This document shows, in pieces, positions 31,203-41,392 of a stretch of 64,000 nt of DNA (position 1 is its first letter; each line of letters starts with the position of its first letter). The stretch is from Clostridia bacterium (GTDB lineage Bacteria; Bacillota; Clostridia; TANB77; CAG-508), in assembly GCA_017469445.1 (NCBI GenBank), contig JAFUGK010000007.1:111058-175057 (forward strand), read 5' to 3'. A program made the translations under genes and the position numbers. The notes under the pieces are model-generated. The model did no database searches. It was not told the DNA's origin and worked only from the letters and a program-made list of their open reading frames with translations.

Positions 31203-31374
31203 TATTCGCAATATATCTAATAATTTTTTCATTTAAAAGCACTCCATAGCAGGGCAATAGCTGACCAGACGGGGACCCTAGCGAGGAAGAAAGTTCAAAG
31301 TCTGGCAGAGCTTTGTGGGTCTTCGGGAACTGTCGGCTTTATAAATTAAAAAATTATTAGATATATTGCGAATA
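31203..31374. repeat. element bounded by a perfect 27-bp inverted repeat enclosing a 118-bp GC-enriched core (candidate structured RNA or MITE-like element)
   Basis: Left arm tattcgcaatatatctaataatttttt (31203-31229) is the exact reverse complement of the right arm (31348-31374). The core has nested/pseudoknot-like pairings (ccagac/gtctgg, ggaccc/gggtc). Confidence 0.5.
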
Positions 31375-31405
31375 GACGATAAAAATTGTGAAGGGACGTG
31401 TAATA

Positions 31406-32335
31406 ATGGATTTTAGAACTGATTTGGCCTTAGAGAGAAGAGATTTGTATAGAAAAGCAAATAATATGAAAGAGGAGATTCCTGGTATTGAAACTAATGA
31501 AGAAGAAAAGAATGGAACAAAAGTTACTAGAGTTAAAATAACTAATGAAGAGGGTGCAAGTGCAATTGGAAAGCCTATTGGAAATTATATTACTATAGAT
31601 ATTAAAAATGTAAAATTAGCTACTGAAGATGAAATACAAAATTCAGCAGAAATATTAGCAGAAGAATTAAGAAAATTATATGATATTCATTTAAATGGAA
31701 AAGAAGATATTTTAGTAGTTGGACTTGGAAATATGGGAGTAACACCAGATGCATTAGGACCTAGTGTAGTAAAGGATATAGATATAACAAGGCATTTATT
31801 AAAATATGCACCACAGTATTTAGAAGAAGGTGCAAGACCAGTTAGTGCATTAGCACCTGGAGTTCTTGGGACTACTGGAATAGAAACACAAGAAATTTTA
31901 AAAGGTATAGTAGATAATGTAAAACCAAAACTTTTAATTGTTATAGATAGTTTAGCATCAAAGAGTATAGAAAGAATTAGTTCGACAGTACAAATAGCAG
32001 ATACAGGAATAGTACCAGGAGCAGGAGTTGGAAATGCAAGAAAAGAGATATCTAAAGATACATTAGGAATACCAGTTATAGCATTAGGAATCCCAACAGT
32101 GGTAGAAGCAGCAACAATAGCAGCAGATTCAATAGAATTATTTATAGAAAAACTACAACAGGATGCAAAATCAAATGAGTATTTAAATGAACTACAAAAT
32201 GAAGATAAATATGAAATGATAAAAGAAGTATTAGTTCCAAATGACTTTAACTTTATAGTAACACCAAAAGAAATAGATGGCTTAATAGAAAATATGAGCT
32301 CCATAGTAGCAAGAGGAATAAATATAAGTTTGTAG
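31406..32335 (+). CDS. gpr: germination protease (GPR endopeptidase)
   Basis: MDFRTDLALE start, ...ILVVGLGN...GIET...VIDSLAS... GPR signature; start moved to ATG 31406. Confidence 0.85.
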   Translation: MDFRTDLALERRDLYRKANNMKEEIPGIETNEEEKNGTKVTRVKITNEEGASAIGKPIGNYITIDIKNVKLATEDEIQNSAEILAEELRKLYDIHLNGKEDILVVGLGNMGVTPDALGPSVVKDIDITRHLLKYAPQYLEEGARPVSALAPGVLGTTGIETQEILKGIVDNVKPKLLIVIDSLASKSIERISSTVQIADTGIVPGAGVGNARKEISKDTLGIPVIALGIPTVVEAATIAADSIELFIEKLQQDAKSNEYLNELQNEDKYEMIKEVLVPNDFNFIVTPKEIDGLIENMSSIVARGINISL

Positions 32336-32348
32336 TTGTGTAGTTGGG

Positions 32349-32425
32349 GACGTTTCCTTTTTGGGAATAGTTCCCAAAAAGGAAACGTCCCCAGTTGGGA
32401 ATTATTCCCAACTGGGGACACTGCT
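32349..32425. repeat. two overlapping perfect palindromes (22-bp and 15-bp stems) sharing a CCCC/GGGG clamp
   Basis: ggggacgtttcctttttgggaa-tag-ttcccaaaaaggaaacgtcccc, overlapping tccccagttgggaat-t-attcccaactgggga. They are mutually exclusive because both use the 'tcccc' segment. Confidence 0.5.
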
Positions 32426-32476
32426 TTACTTTATTTTTTATTTATGATAATATGTAGCAAAAGGATAGTGATTTTT

Positions 32477-33124
32477 GTGGAATATCTATTATTATTTTTA
32501 GAAGGTATTGCAACATTTGTATCACCTTGTTTATTGCCAATGTTACCGATTTACATATTGTATTTAGTTGGTAAAAATGCAGATAATAAAAAACTGATAT
32601 TTAATAGCTTAGCTTTTGTATTAGGTTTTACACTTGTGTTTATTGCTTTAGGTACTATTTTTTCTGCTATAGGAGTTTATCTAAATGATTTTACAAACAT
32701 AATAAATATTATATTTGGAGTTATAATTATAATATTTGGACTTGATTTTGCAGGAGTGCTAAAAATACCATTTTTAAACAGAAATACAAAAATTAAGAAA
32801 AAAGAAGATAGTAAAGGAATATTGTCTGCTTTCTTATTTGGAATTGCTTTTGGAATAGCATGGACACCATGTGTTGGAGCATTTCTAAGTTCTGCACTTC
32901 TTATGGTTGCAACAACAGGAAATATAATAAAGGGTATAGCAATGCTTAGCATGTATTGTTTAGGACTTGGTATACCATTTATATTGAGTGCTGTTTTAAT
33001 GGAACAACTTAAAAATGCATTTGAATTTATAAAGAGAAACTATAAAATATTTAATATAATTTCAGCAGTATTCTTAATAGGAATAGGTATATATATGATT
33101 GTTAAGGGGGTTATTGGAATATGA
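32477..33124 (+). CDS. ccdA: cytochrome c-type biogenesis protein CcdA (DsbD-family thiol-disulfide transporter)
   Basis: FLEGIATFVSPCLLPMLPIY and second Cys in ...AWTPCVGAFL; 6 TM. The listed ORF N-terminus runs through the palindromes, so GTG 32477 is a more plausible start. Confidence 0.7.
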   Translation: MEYLLLFLEGIATFVSPCLLPMLPIYILYLVGKNADNKKLIFNSLAFVLGFTLVFIALGTIFSAIGVYLNDFTNIINIIFGVIIIIFGLDFAGVLKIPFLNRNTKIKKKEDSKGILSAFLFGIAFGIAWTPCVGAFLSSALLMVATTGNIIKGIAMLSMYCLGLGIPFILSAVLMEQLKNAFEFIKRNYKIFNIISAVFLIGIGIYMIVKGVIGI

Positions 33125-33666
33125 ATTCTAAATTAAAACTGCTTCTAACGATTATTTTATTTGTTTTAGTTTTAGGAGGAGGATTATTCTTATATAATAA
33201 AACATCTAATATTGATTTTAAATTTGATAATAGGAATACTGGGCAGAGTAAAAAAGCAATGCCAGAAACTATAATTTATACAGAAAATGATGAAGAATTA
33301 AATTTATCTAGTTTAAAGGGAAAGCCAATTGTAATTAATTTTTGGACAACATGGTGTACATATTGTAGACAAGAGATGCAAACACTCGAAAAAGTATATA
33401 ATGAATACAAGGATAAAGTTGAATTTGTTTTAATTGATGTGCTTGATAGTTCGGAAGAAACAAAAGAGAATGGAATTAAATTCAAAGAAGAACAAGGGTT
33501 AACAATGCCGATATATTTTGATAGAAATCACATTGCAATTAGTAAATTTGGGGCACCAGGATTTCCTACAACATATTTTATAGATAAAGATGGAAATATT
33601 AATAAAATAAGAGCATCTATGCTAACTGAAGAATTTCTAGTTCAAAATATAGAAGAAATATTGTAA
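33121..33666 (+). CDS. TlpA/ResA-like thiol-disulfide oxidoreductase (thioredoxin fold, membrane-anchored)
   Basis: FWTTWCTYCRQEM CxxC motif, N-terminal TM; paired with ccdA. Confidence 0.75.
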   Translation: MNSKLKLLLTIILFVLVLGGGLFLYNKTSNIDFKFDNRNTGQSKKAMPETIIYTENDEELNLSSLKGKPIVINFWTTWCTYCRQEMQTLEKVYNEYKDKVEFVLIDVLDSSEETKENGIKFKEEQGLTMPIYFDRNHIAISKFGAPGFPTTYFIDKDGNINKIRASMLTEEFLVQNIEEIL

Positions 33667-33740
33667 TAGAATATTTACTTATTTAGTTTATAAATATATA
33701 ATAATTTAGAGTAACAAAAGCAAAAAAGGAGGGAATACAA

Positions 33741-36700
33741 ATGGCAAAAAAACAAGTAAAAATAACTTTAGGAACATTTACAATATTAGTAATATCAATA
33801 ATACTATTAGTATTGGCTATTTTATTATGTGCTTATTTTATGTGGAATAAAAACATATTTAGCATAGGAGAAGAACCTATTAGTATCGCCAAAATTAAAA
33901 ATATAGAACCAACTAAAATGAATAATGGAATAATTGATAACACAACTGAATTTATAATAACTTCAGAAGAAAAGGTTAATCTAGATGATGTAAGAAAAGC
34001 GATATATGTAGAACCTGCACTTGAATATAGCATTGCTAAAACTGGCAATGAAAATGAATATAAACTAACATTTAAACAGAACATACCAGACAATACTATA
34101 GTAAAATTGCAATATATAAAAAATAAAATAGCAGAAGATAGTTGGGCATATCAGACCAAAAATCAATTAAGTGTTGTTAGCACATATCCATATCAAAATG
34201 AATGGATTAGTGAAAATAGTGCTATTGAAATAGAGTTTTCATATGTAAATGTTGAAAATGCAGAAAATTATTTTGAAATGCTACCAAATGTTGAAGGAAG
34301 ATGGGAACATAATAGAAAGATTTGGAGATTTATTCCAAACGAAGAATGGAAAACTGGAGATTATACATTAACAATAAAAAAAGGACTAACAGCAGGAGAT
34401 CAAAAACTAGAAGAAGATTATGTTTTTAAATTTAGGGTAAGTGGACAAACAGAGAGTACATATTCTAGAGAAAGTATAACAGTAGACAAAATAAATACAT
34501 ATAAACCAGATGAAGCAATAAGAATATATGGAACATTAGAAAAAGGAAATGTTGGAAAGATTAATATATATAAATTTGCCAGTAAAGATGAGTTTATAAA
34601 ATATTTAGAAGATAGAAACTATAACAATGCTCAAAATTTGGGAGAGTATAATTTCACCAAAACAGAAGCATATATACAACTGGAAAAAACTTTAGAAAAT
34701 GGATATTATGCAGCAGTAATTAGATCTTCAAAAGGTTATGTTGTAGATAATATACCAATACAAATTAACGAATTATCGGCATATGCTTTAGAAACAGAAA
34801 GAGATGTACTTGTATGGGTAGCAAAAGGAAATGATTTAGCAAAAGATATAAGTATAGAATATTTAGGAAAAACGGCAAAAACAGATTCACAAGGTGTTGC
34901 AAAATTTGAGAATATAACAGATAATTCTAAAGAGGTAAAATATCTAACTATTGATAATAAATTAATTGTGGGAATATTAAATAGTAATTTAGATGTATAT
35001 AATGCTGCATATTTATATACAGATAGACCATTATATAAAAATACAGATACCATTAAAGTGTGGGGATTTGTTCCCAAAAAATTATTCTATGATAAGGTAG
35101 ATGAAAATGAATTTTACATAGAATTTGGAGAAGAAGGAAAGAAAAAAGTATCAGTAGATGATGATGGAATTTTAAATTACGAATACAAAATACAAAATCA
35201 TGTGGATGGATATTTATCTGCAACACTATATTATAAGAATAGCTCAATAGCATATAGACCAATAGAAATAGAAAAGTATGAACTTCAAAATTATACATTT
35301 GAAACTTCACACAAAAAAGATTATGTGTTTGATGGTGAAAAATTTGATTTTGACGTTAAAGTTAAACATATAACAGGATTAAATGTAACAAATAAGAAAG
35401 TAACAGCAGTATTCGAAGGAGAAAATTATTCAGCTATAACAGGAGCAGATGGTGTGGCACATTTTTCATTACCAATAAAAATACCAGTTGGTAATAGAGA
35501 CAATACGACAAATTTAAAAGGATTTTCTATAAATATATATAGTGGAGATGCAATAGAATATTCAAATAATGAAAATAGTATATACGTAAATGTTATAAAC
35601 CGAAAAGCCTATACAGATTTTAAAGAAGAAAAAGATAAATATAAAATAACACTTTATAAATTAAGTGATAACGATCGTAAAACAGTAGAATATGATTTGA
35701 AGGAACTATATGATGGAACATACAAAAATGCAAGTGTTATAATAGATTTAGTAGAATATAAATATACTAGATATGTTAGTGGACAAAGATATAATGAATA
35801 CACAAAAGAAACAGAACCAGAGTATTCATATAAAACAGATAAAGATATACAAACTATAATTGCAGGGCAAACAGATGAAAACGGAGTAATAGAAGTAAAT
35901 AAAGATAGCCTAAAACTAAAAAAGGATTCAGATGGAATATCATATAGTTATGAATTAAGAGTATCATATGTAGATAGTGATGGAAAAACAGTTGAGGATT
36001 GTAATTATATAAGTAGATTTGATGAAGATGAAAATATAAAGCTTGGACATGTAAGATTCAATTGGAGTGATTTTGATAGTTCACAAATTAATTATTCGAA
36101 GTATGCTATATATAGATATTTCCTTAAATTTGATGAATATAAAAAATATAAAATAGGGGATACAATAGAGTTTAAATTAGGTGAAAGCACTGAAGCGGGA
36201 GAAAAAGAGATTGACAATGAAGGTAAACTATTACAAGTTGCCTTTAAAGAAGGAATACACTCTCAAAAAATTATTAGTGATAATAATATAAGTTATAAAT
36301 TTGAGAATAAAGATTTTCCAGGAACAAAATTAACATCAGCATATTTCCTAAATGGTAAATTCTATAGAATGCCAACATATTACTTAGATTTTGACGAAGA
36401 AGATAGAAAGGTTGATGTAGAGATTACATCAGATAAAACTGTATATAAACCAGGAGATGAAGTTACATTAAACATTAAAACAACTAACAAAGGAAAAGGT
36501 GTAAAAACTTCAGTTAATGTTAGTGTAGTAAATAAAGCTATTTTCGAATTAGAACATGACAACACAGATTTATTAGAAAGAATATATGAGAATAAAGAAT
36601 ACTTTGCATACACATATTCTACCTATAGAGACTATATAGAAACACAAGTTGGTGATGGATATGGTGGAGGAGACGATGATAGGGACGATTTTGAAGATAC

Positions 36701-38363
36701 AGCATATTTTGATACTGTAAAAACTAATAATGATGGAAACGCAACAGTTAAATTTAAGCTACCAGACAATGTAACAACATATACAGCAACAGTTCATAGC
36801 GCAAACAAGGACTTATACTTAGGTGTAAATAAATTAGAAATAGTTTCAAAACCAGATTTCTTTATACAAATTGTAGAACCAAGAGGTGTAAAAACAACAG
36901 ATGATTTAGTATTAAATGCAACAAGTATTTCAGATGAAAATTATCAGGTTGAATATGAATTCACAATAAAAGAATTAAATAAAACAATGAAAGCAACAGG
37001 AAATACAAATAATTTAGTAACAGTAAATTTTGGTAAATTACCATATGGTACATATACAGCAGTAATAAGAGGAAAAGGCAATAATAAAGAAGATGGAATA
37101 GAATACAAATTTAGTGTGGTTGAATCTGTGCAAGAAGTATCTGCAAAAGCGGATTTAAATATAGTAGAAAAACCAGAATTTAAACCAATAAAAATGCCAG
37201 TAACATTGGAAATATATAATAATGAAGTACAACAATATTTAAAATATATTGAATTTGTACAAACAAGGGTAAATAACAGATTAGATACACAAATTGCGAA
37301 TAGAGAAGTGCAAAAATTAAAAAATGAATTTTATGGAACAGATGATACAATATCTACAGTACCTGCCAGTGAATATAATTGGTATGGAGGATATTCAAAT
37401 TTAAAAAATGCAAGTAAAGATTTACTGCTTACTGCATTAATTAGTTATTATGCAGAAGAATATGCATTAAAACCAAATTGGACAGAAAATGATGACAATA
37501 TATTTGAACTATATTTATTAGCATCAGCCAATAAAGAGCCTGTGCTTACAGATGTATTATATTTGAAAGAAGAACAGGATATAGATAATTATAATAAATT
37601 GTTAGTAACACTATCACTTGAATTTTTAGGAGACTATAAAAATGCTAAAGAGTTATATGGAAAAATAGATTTAACACAAGAAGAAAAAGAAGAATATGCC
37701 TCTATAATTGCAATAATAGATACATTTATTAACAAAAAACAAGCAGTAGAAGAAATAAATAAATTGATAGAAGAAAAACCAGCAGATAATTACTTAAGAT
37801 TTGCTATATTATCATTCTTTAGAAATAATTCACAAGAATTTGCAAAAGAAGAAACAGTAAAAATAATAACAGCAAATTCAAGTGAGATAATAAAGCTAAA
37901 AGGAATGGAAATAAAAAAATATACTATTTATGAGGAAAATTTAGAAAACATAAAATTTGAGACAGATAGTAAAGATCTAAGAGTTACATATTATTATGAA
38001 GGAGATTTTGCTAATTTGAATGCAGAAGAATCAATACAAATTAGTGTGGATCCAATAGAAGGCAATGAGCTAAACTTACATATTCAATTTCCTAATGATT
38101 ATGAAGGTAATGTAAGAATTGCTCTTCCAAATTCATTAAGATTAGCTAGAAATTACAGAGCTTCATATTCTTCAGACAATAGGTATTATTTAAAAGACAA
38201 TAAAATACATTATATAACATTTTATAAAGGATCAAATTGTTATAGCATGGATATACCACTAATTATAACATGCTATGGAAATTACAAATTTGAACCAATT
38301 ATATTAACAGCAGAAGGAAGATATTATATATCAAATTCATTGGATTTAAATATAGGAGAGTAG
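33741..38363 (+). CDS. giant N-terminally anchored extracellular protein, alpha-2-macroglobulin-like architecture (beta-rich repeats + alpha/alpha-toroid region + C-terminal beta domain); no thioester CxEQ seen
   Basis: 1540 aa; single N-terminal TM; helical block ~aa 1180-1360 (LLTALISYYAEEYAL...LRFAILSFFRNN) flanked by beta-rich regions. Confidence 0.4.
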   Translation: MAKKQVKITLGTFTILVISIILLVLAILLCAYFMWNKNIFSIGEEPISIAKIKNIEPTKMNNGIIDNTTEFIITSEEKVNLDDVRKAIYVEPALEYSIAKTGNENEYKLTFKQNIPDNTIVKLQYIKNKIAEDSWAYQTKNQLSVVSTYPYQNEWISENSAIEIEFSYVNVENAENYFEMLPNVEGRWEHNRKIWRFIPNEEWKTGDYTLTIKKGLTAGDQKLEEDYVFKFRVSGQTESTYSRESITVDKINTYKPDEAIRIYGTLEKGNVGKINIYKFASKDEFIKYLEDRNYNNAQNLGEYNFTKTEAYIQLEKTLENGYYAAVIRSSKGYVVDNIPIQINELSAYALETERDVLVWVAKGNDLAKDISIEYLGKTAKTDSQGVAKFENITDNSKEVKYLTIDNKLIVGILNSNLDVYNAAYLYTDRPLYKNTDTIKVWGFVPKKLFYDKVDENEFYIEFGEEGKKKVSVDDDGILNYEYKIQNHVDGYLSATLYYKNSSIAYRPIEIEKYELQNYTFETSHKKDYVFDGEKFDFDVKVKHITGLNVTNKKVTAVFEGENYSAITGADGVAHFSLPIKIPVGNRDNTTNLKGFSINIYSGDAIEYSNNENSIYVNVINRKAYTDFKEEKDKYKITLYKLSDNDRKTVEYDLKELYDGTYKNASVIIDLVEYKYTRYVSGQRYNEYTKETEPEYSYKTDKDIQTIIAGQTDENGVIEVNKDSLKLKKDSDGISYSYELRVSYVDSDGKTVEDCNYISRFDEDENIKLGHVRFNWSDFDSSQINYSKYAIYRYFLKFDEYKKYKIGDTIEFKLGESTEAGEKEIDNEGKLLQVAFKEGIHSQKIISDNNISYKFENKDFPGTKLTSAYFLNGKFYRMPTYYLDFDEEDRKVDVEITSDKTVYKPGDEVTLNIKTTNKGKGVKTSVNVSVVNKAIFELEHDNTDLLERIYENKEYFAYTYSTYRDYIETQVGDGYGGGDDDRDDFEDTAYFDTVKTNNDGNATVKFKLPDNVTTYTATVHSANKDLYLGVNKLEIVSKPDFFIQIVEPRGVKTTDDLVLNATSISDENYQVEYEFTIKELNKTMKATGNTNNLVTVNFGKLPYGTYTAVIRGKGNNKEDGIEYKFSVVESVQEVSAKADLNIVEKPEFKPIKMPVTLEIYNNEVQQYLKYIEFVQTRVNNRLDTQIANREVQKLKNEFYGTDDTISTVPASEYNWYGGYSNLKNASKDLLLTALISYYAEEYALKPNWTENDDNIFELYLLASANKEPVLTDVLYLKEEQDIDNYNKLLVTLSLEFLGDYKNAKELYGKIDLTQEEKEEYASIIAIIDTFINKKQAVEEINKLIEEKPADNYLRFAILSFFRNNSQEFAKEETVKIITANSSEIIKLKGMEIKKYTIYEENLENIKFETDSKDLRVTYYYEGDFANLNAEESIQISVDPIEGNELNLHIQFPNDYEGNVRIALPNSLRLARNYRASYSSDNRYYLKDNKIHYITFYKGSNCYSMDIPLIITCYGNYKFEPIILTAEGRYYISNSLDLNIGE

Positions 38364-38364
38364 A

Positions 38365-39066
38365 ATGAATAAAGAATTAAGAGAAGAAATAAGAGAAGAA
38401 ATGAAGAAAGAAAACATAAAAAGAAAAAGATTGATTATATGTTTTCTAATACTTGTATTAATTACTATAATTGTAACAATAATAATTTCTAATAAAAATA
38501 CTGAAAATTATATATCAAAGGAAGAGTTTGAACAATATAAAAATGAATTACCTATAACTACAGATAATTGGAAAGATTATATTGAATTAGAATATGAAAA
38601 AAAAGAATATAAAGATACCTTTGGAGATGTAATAAAGAGTGAAAAAGTACCATGTTTAAAGTTTAAGAAGGATAATATAATTGGATATATGGTTTTGAAG
38701 TTTATAATAAATAAAGATGTGATAGATTCACGTTTTAGCAATGAAATTACGATTTCGGTTAATGGTAATAAACAAGAAATAAGTCCACAAATATTAGAAG
38801 GCAAAGAACTAACAATAAATGACATGGAATGCATTCAATTAAAAGGCAAATTATATGAAATCAACATTCCTGAAGATAAATGGGAAGAGTTTAAAACAAC
38901 TAGAATAACTAATAAATTTGTAGAAGGAGAAAATGTAACCATTGAAGAAAGAAAATATATTGATGTTGGCACAAAACAGGATTATTCTAGATATTGGGAA
39001 TATACATATCTTGATGAATTACGCATTAAAGAAACTGATAAATACTTAAAAGGAAACAATAATTAA
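38365..39066 (+). CDS. hypothetical membrane-anchored protein
   Basis: 233 aa, charged N-terminus then TM (LIICFLILVLITIIVTIII); start 2 nt after the giant gene, probably co-transcribed. Confidence 0.5.
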   Translation: MNKELREEIREEMKKENIKRKRLIICFLILVLITIIVTIIISNKNTENYISKEEFEQYKNELPITTDNWKDYIELEYEKKEYKDTFGDVIKSEKVPCLKFKKDNIIGYMVLKFIINKDVIDSRFSNEITISVNGNKQEISPQILEGKELTINDMECIQLKGKLYEINIPEDKWEEFKTTRITNKFVEGENVTIEERKYIDVGTKQDYSRYWEYTYLDELRIKETDKYLKGNNN

Positions 39067-39070
39067 GACA

Positions 39071-39117
39071 AAAATACTTCTTTATGAAAAAGCATAAAGA
39101 AGTATTTTTGTGTTTTT
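39071..39117 (+). terminator. rho-independent terminator
   Basis: aatacttctttatg-aaaaag-cataaagaagtatt perfect 14-bp stem + T-tract. Confidence 0.65.
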
Positions 39118-39149
39118 ACAAATTTATTTCACTTTTTTATCAAAAACAG

Positions 39150-39179
39150 TTGACTTTACCAACCAATCCGTAGTATAAT
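39150..39179 (+). promoter_or_regulatory. S10 operon promoter (TTGACT-N18-TATAAT) followed by ~215-nt leader
   Basis: consensus hexamers; long structured leader before rpsJ RBS. Confidence 0.55.
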
Positions 39180-39397
39180 ATTCAAGCGTATGGATTTGCG
39201 GTGAAGCAGAATGTGGCTACACTATTTATAGTGGAGGGAACTTCTGTGGAGTATGTCTTGGCTTAGACCGGGCGAAAGTTTGATAAAAGCACTTTTACCT
39301 AAGTTCATTATGCCTTAGGTTTTAAAAATGGTATAAAAAGAAACACCAGGGTGCGTTGATAACTTGCCGGAAACATTTTTAAATAAGGAGGGAAATT

Positions 39398-39727
39398 ATG
39401 GCAACATCAAACAAAGTAGTAGGAAGTGACAAAATAAGAATAAGATTAAAAGCTTATGACTATGTAGTTTTAGATCAGTCTGCTGAAAAAATAGTAGATA
39501 CTGCTAAAAGAACAGGAGCACAAGTTTCAGGTCCAATTCCACTTCCAACAAAAAAGGAAGTTATAACAATTTTACGTTCTCCACACAAACATAAAGATGC
39601 TAGAGAGCAATTTGAAATGAGAACACATAAAAGAGTTATAGATATTCTATATCCAACACAAAAAACTGTTGATAGTTTAATGAAATTAGACTTACCAGCA
39701 GGTGTAGACATTGAAATTAAATTGTAA
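39398..39727 (+). CDS. rpsJ: 30S ribosomal protein S10
   Basis: [39 protein letters not shown]. Confidence 0.95.
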   Translation: MATSNKVVGSDKIRIRLKAYDYVVLDQSAEKIVDTAKRTGAQVSGPIPLPTKKEVITILRSPHKHKDAREQFEMRTHKRVIDILYPTQKTVDSLMKLDLPAGVDIEIKL

Positions 39728-39768
39728 AACCATGCTGATATAATCAGCCAATAGTTAGGAGGAAGAAA

Positions 39769-40404
39769 ATGAACAAAGCGTTAATAGGCAAAAAACTAGG
39801 AATGACTCAAATATTCGATGAAAACGGAGCAGTTATTCCAGTAACAGTTATTGAAGCTGGACCATGTACAGTAGTACAAGTTAAAACTGTTGAAACTGAT
39901 GGATACAATGCAGTTCAATTAGGATTTGGTTCAGTTAAAGAAAGTAAATTAAACAAACCAGAAAAAGGAAGCTTTAAAAAAGCTAATATAGAACCAAAGA
40001 AATATTTAAGAGAATTTAGAGTAGATTCTACTGAAAATATAACAGTAGGTTCAGAAGTTAAGGCAGATGTTTTTACTGCCGGAGAAAAAGTAGACATTCA
40101 AGGCGTAACAAAAGGAAAAGGATTCCAAGGCGTTATTAAACGTCATGGACAACACAGAGGACCAATGGGACATGGTTCTATGTATCATAGAAGACCAGGT
40201 TCAATGGGACCAACTTCAACACCAGGAAGAGTTTTCAAAGGTAAAAAACTTCCAGGACATATGGGAATTGATACTGTTACAATTCAAAACTTAGAAGTTG
40301 TAAGAGTAGATTTAGACAAAAATGTAATTTTAGTAAAAGGTAGTGTTCCAGGAAATAAAGGAGCAATACTAAAAATAAAAGAAACAGTGAAAGTAACAAA
40401 ATAG
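39769..40404 (+). CDS. rplC: 50S ribosomal protein L3
   Basis: [14 protein letters not shown]; 211 aa. Confidence 0.95.
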   Translation: MNKALIGKKLGMTQIFDENGAVIPVTVIEAGPCTVVQVKTVETDGYNAVQLGFGSVKESKLNKPEKGSFKKANIEPKKYLREFRVDSTENITVGSEVKADVFTAGEKVDIQGVTKGKGFQGVIKRHGQHRGPMGHGSMYHRRPGSMGPTSTPGRVFKGKKLPGHMGIDTVTIQNLEVVRVDLDKNVILVKGSVPGNKGAILKIKETVKVTK

Positions 40405-40419
40405 GAAGGAGGAAAAACA

Positions 40420-41043
40420 ATGCCTAAGATAGATGTATATGATATGAAAGGTAAGAAGGTTAGCGATTTAGAATTAAAAGAAGAAATATTTGGAATTGAG
40501 CCAAATGAAGCTGTTGTACACAGTGTGTTAGTAAATTATATGGCTAACCAAAGACAAGGTACACAAAGCACAAAAACTAGAAGCGAAGTTTCTGGTGGCG
40601 GAAGAAAACCTTGGAGACAAAAAGGAACAGGTAGAGCTAGACAAGGAAGTATAAGGGCACCACAATGGATAAAAGGTGGTATAGCATTAGGACCAAAACC
40701 TAGAAGCTATAAATATACAGTAAACAAGAAAGAAAAGAGATTAGCAATAAAATCTTTACTAAGCTCAAAAGTTCTAGAAAACTCATTAGTAGTTGTAGAT
40801 AAATTAGAATTAAAAGAAATAAAAACAAAGAATATGGTAAATGCATTAGCTAGTTTAAAAGTAACAGAACCAGCATTAATTCTTTTACCAGAAAAGAATG
40901 AAACAGTACAAAGATCTGCAAGAAATATTGAAAATGTAAAAACAAGTCTTGTAAATACAATTAATGTGTATGATTTGTTAAAATACAATAAACTTGTAGT
41001 TACAGTAGATACTGTTAAGAAAATTGAGGAGGTGTACGCATAA
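40420..41043 (+). CDS. rplD: 50S ribosomal protein L4
   Basis: [20 protein letters not shown]. Confidence 0.95.
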   Translation: MPKIDVYDMKGKKVSDLELKEEIFGIEPNEAVVHSVLVNYMANQRQGTQSTKTRSEVSGGGRKPWRQKGTGRARQGSIRAPQWIKGGIALGPKPRSYKYTVNKKEKRLAIKSLLSSKVLENSLVVVDKLELKEIKTKNMVNALASLKVTEPALILLPEKNETVQRSARNIENVKTSLVNTINVYDLLKYNKLVVTVDTVKKIEEVYA

Positions 41044-41390
41044 TGAGACCAGAAGATATTATAGTAAGACCAGTTATAACAGAAAAAAGTAACATGGCAA
41101 TACAAGAAGGAAAGTATACCTTTGAAGTAGCTAAAAAAGCGACAAAAATTCAAATAGCACAAGCTGTTGAAAAATTATTCAATGTTAAAGTTTTAAAAGT
41201 AAATACAATGAACATTGATGGAAAACAAAAAAGAGTTGGAGTTCATCAAGGAAAAACTTCTGATTGGAAGAAAGCAATAGTAACAATAGATACAAATCCA
41301 CAAGATGGAAAATATATGGCAAAAGGTGGAAAAGAAGTTAAAGTTGCTAATAAGTATAAAGATGCAATTGATGAATTCACAGGGGTTTAA
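41043..41390 (+). CDS. rplW: 50S ribosomal protein L23 (with ~18-aa C-terminal insertion)
   Basis: RPVITEKS...KYTFEV...[10 protein letters not shown]. Confidence 0.9.
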   Translation: MRPEDIIVRPVITEKSNMAIQEGKYTFEVAKKATKIQIAQAVEKLFNVKVLKVNTMNIDGKQKRVGVHQGKTSDWKKAIVTIDTNPQDGKYMAKGGKEVKVANKYKDAIDEFTGV

Positions 41391-41392
41391 TT

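Noticed and set aside
31687-32421. 244-aa minus-strand ORF antisense to gpr
   Set aside because: It fully overlaps the conserved gpr reading frame. Its 5' end is created by read-through of the palindromes at 32349-32425.
32336-32476. N-terminal 47 codons of the listed ccdA ORF
   Set aside because: This region is occupied by two perfect palindromes. The conserved CcdA sequence starts at ~32477 (GTG).
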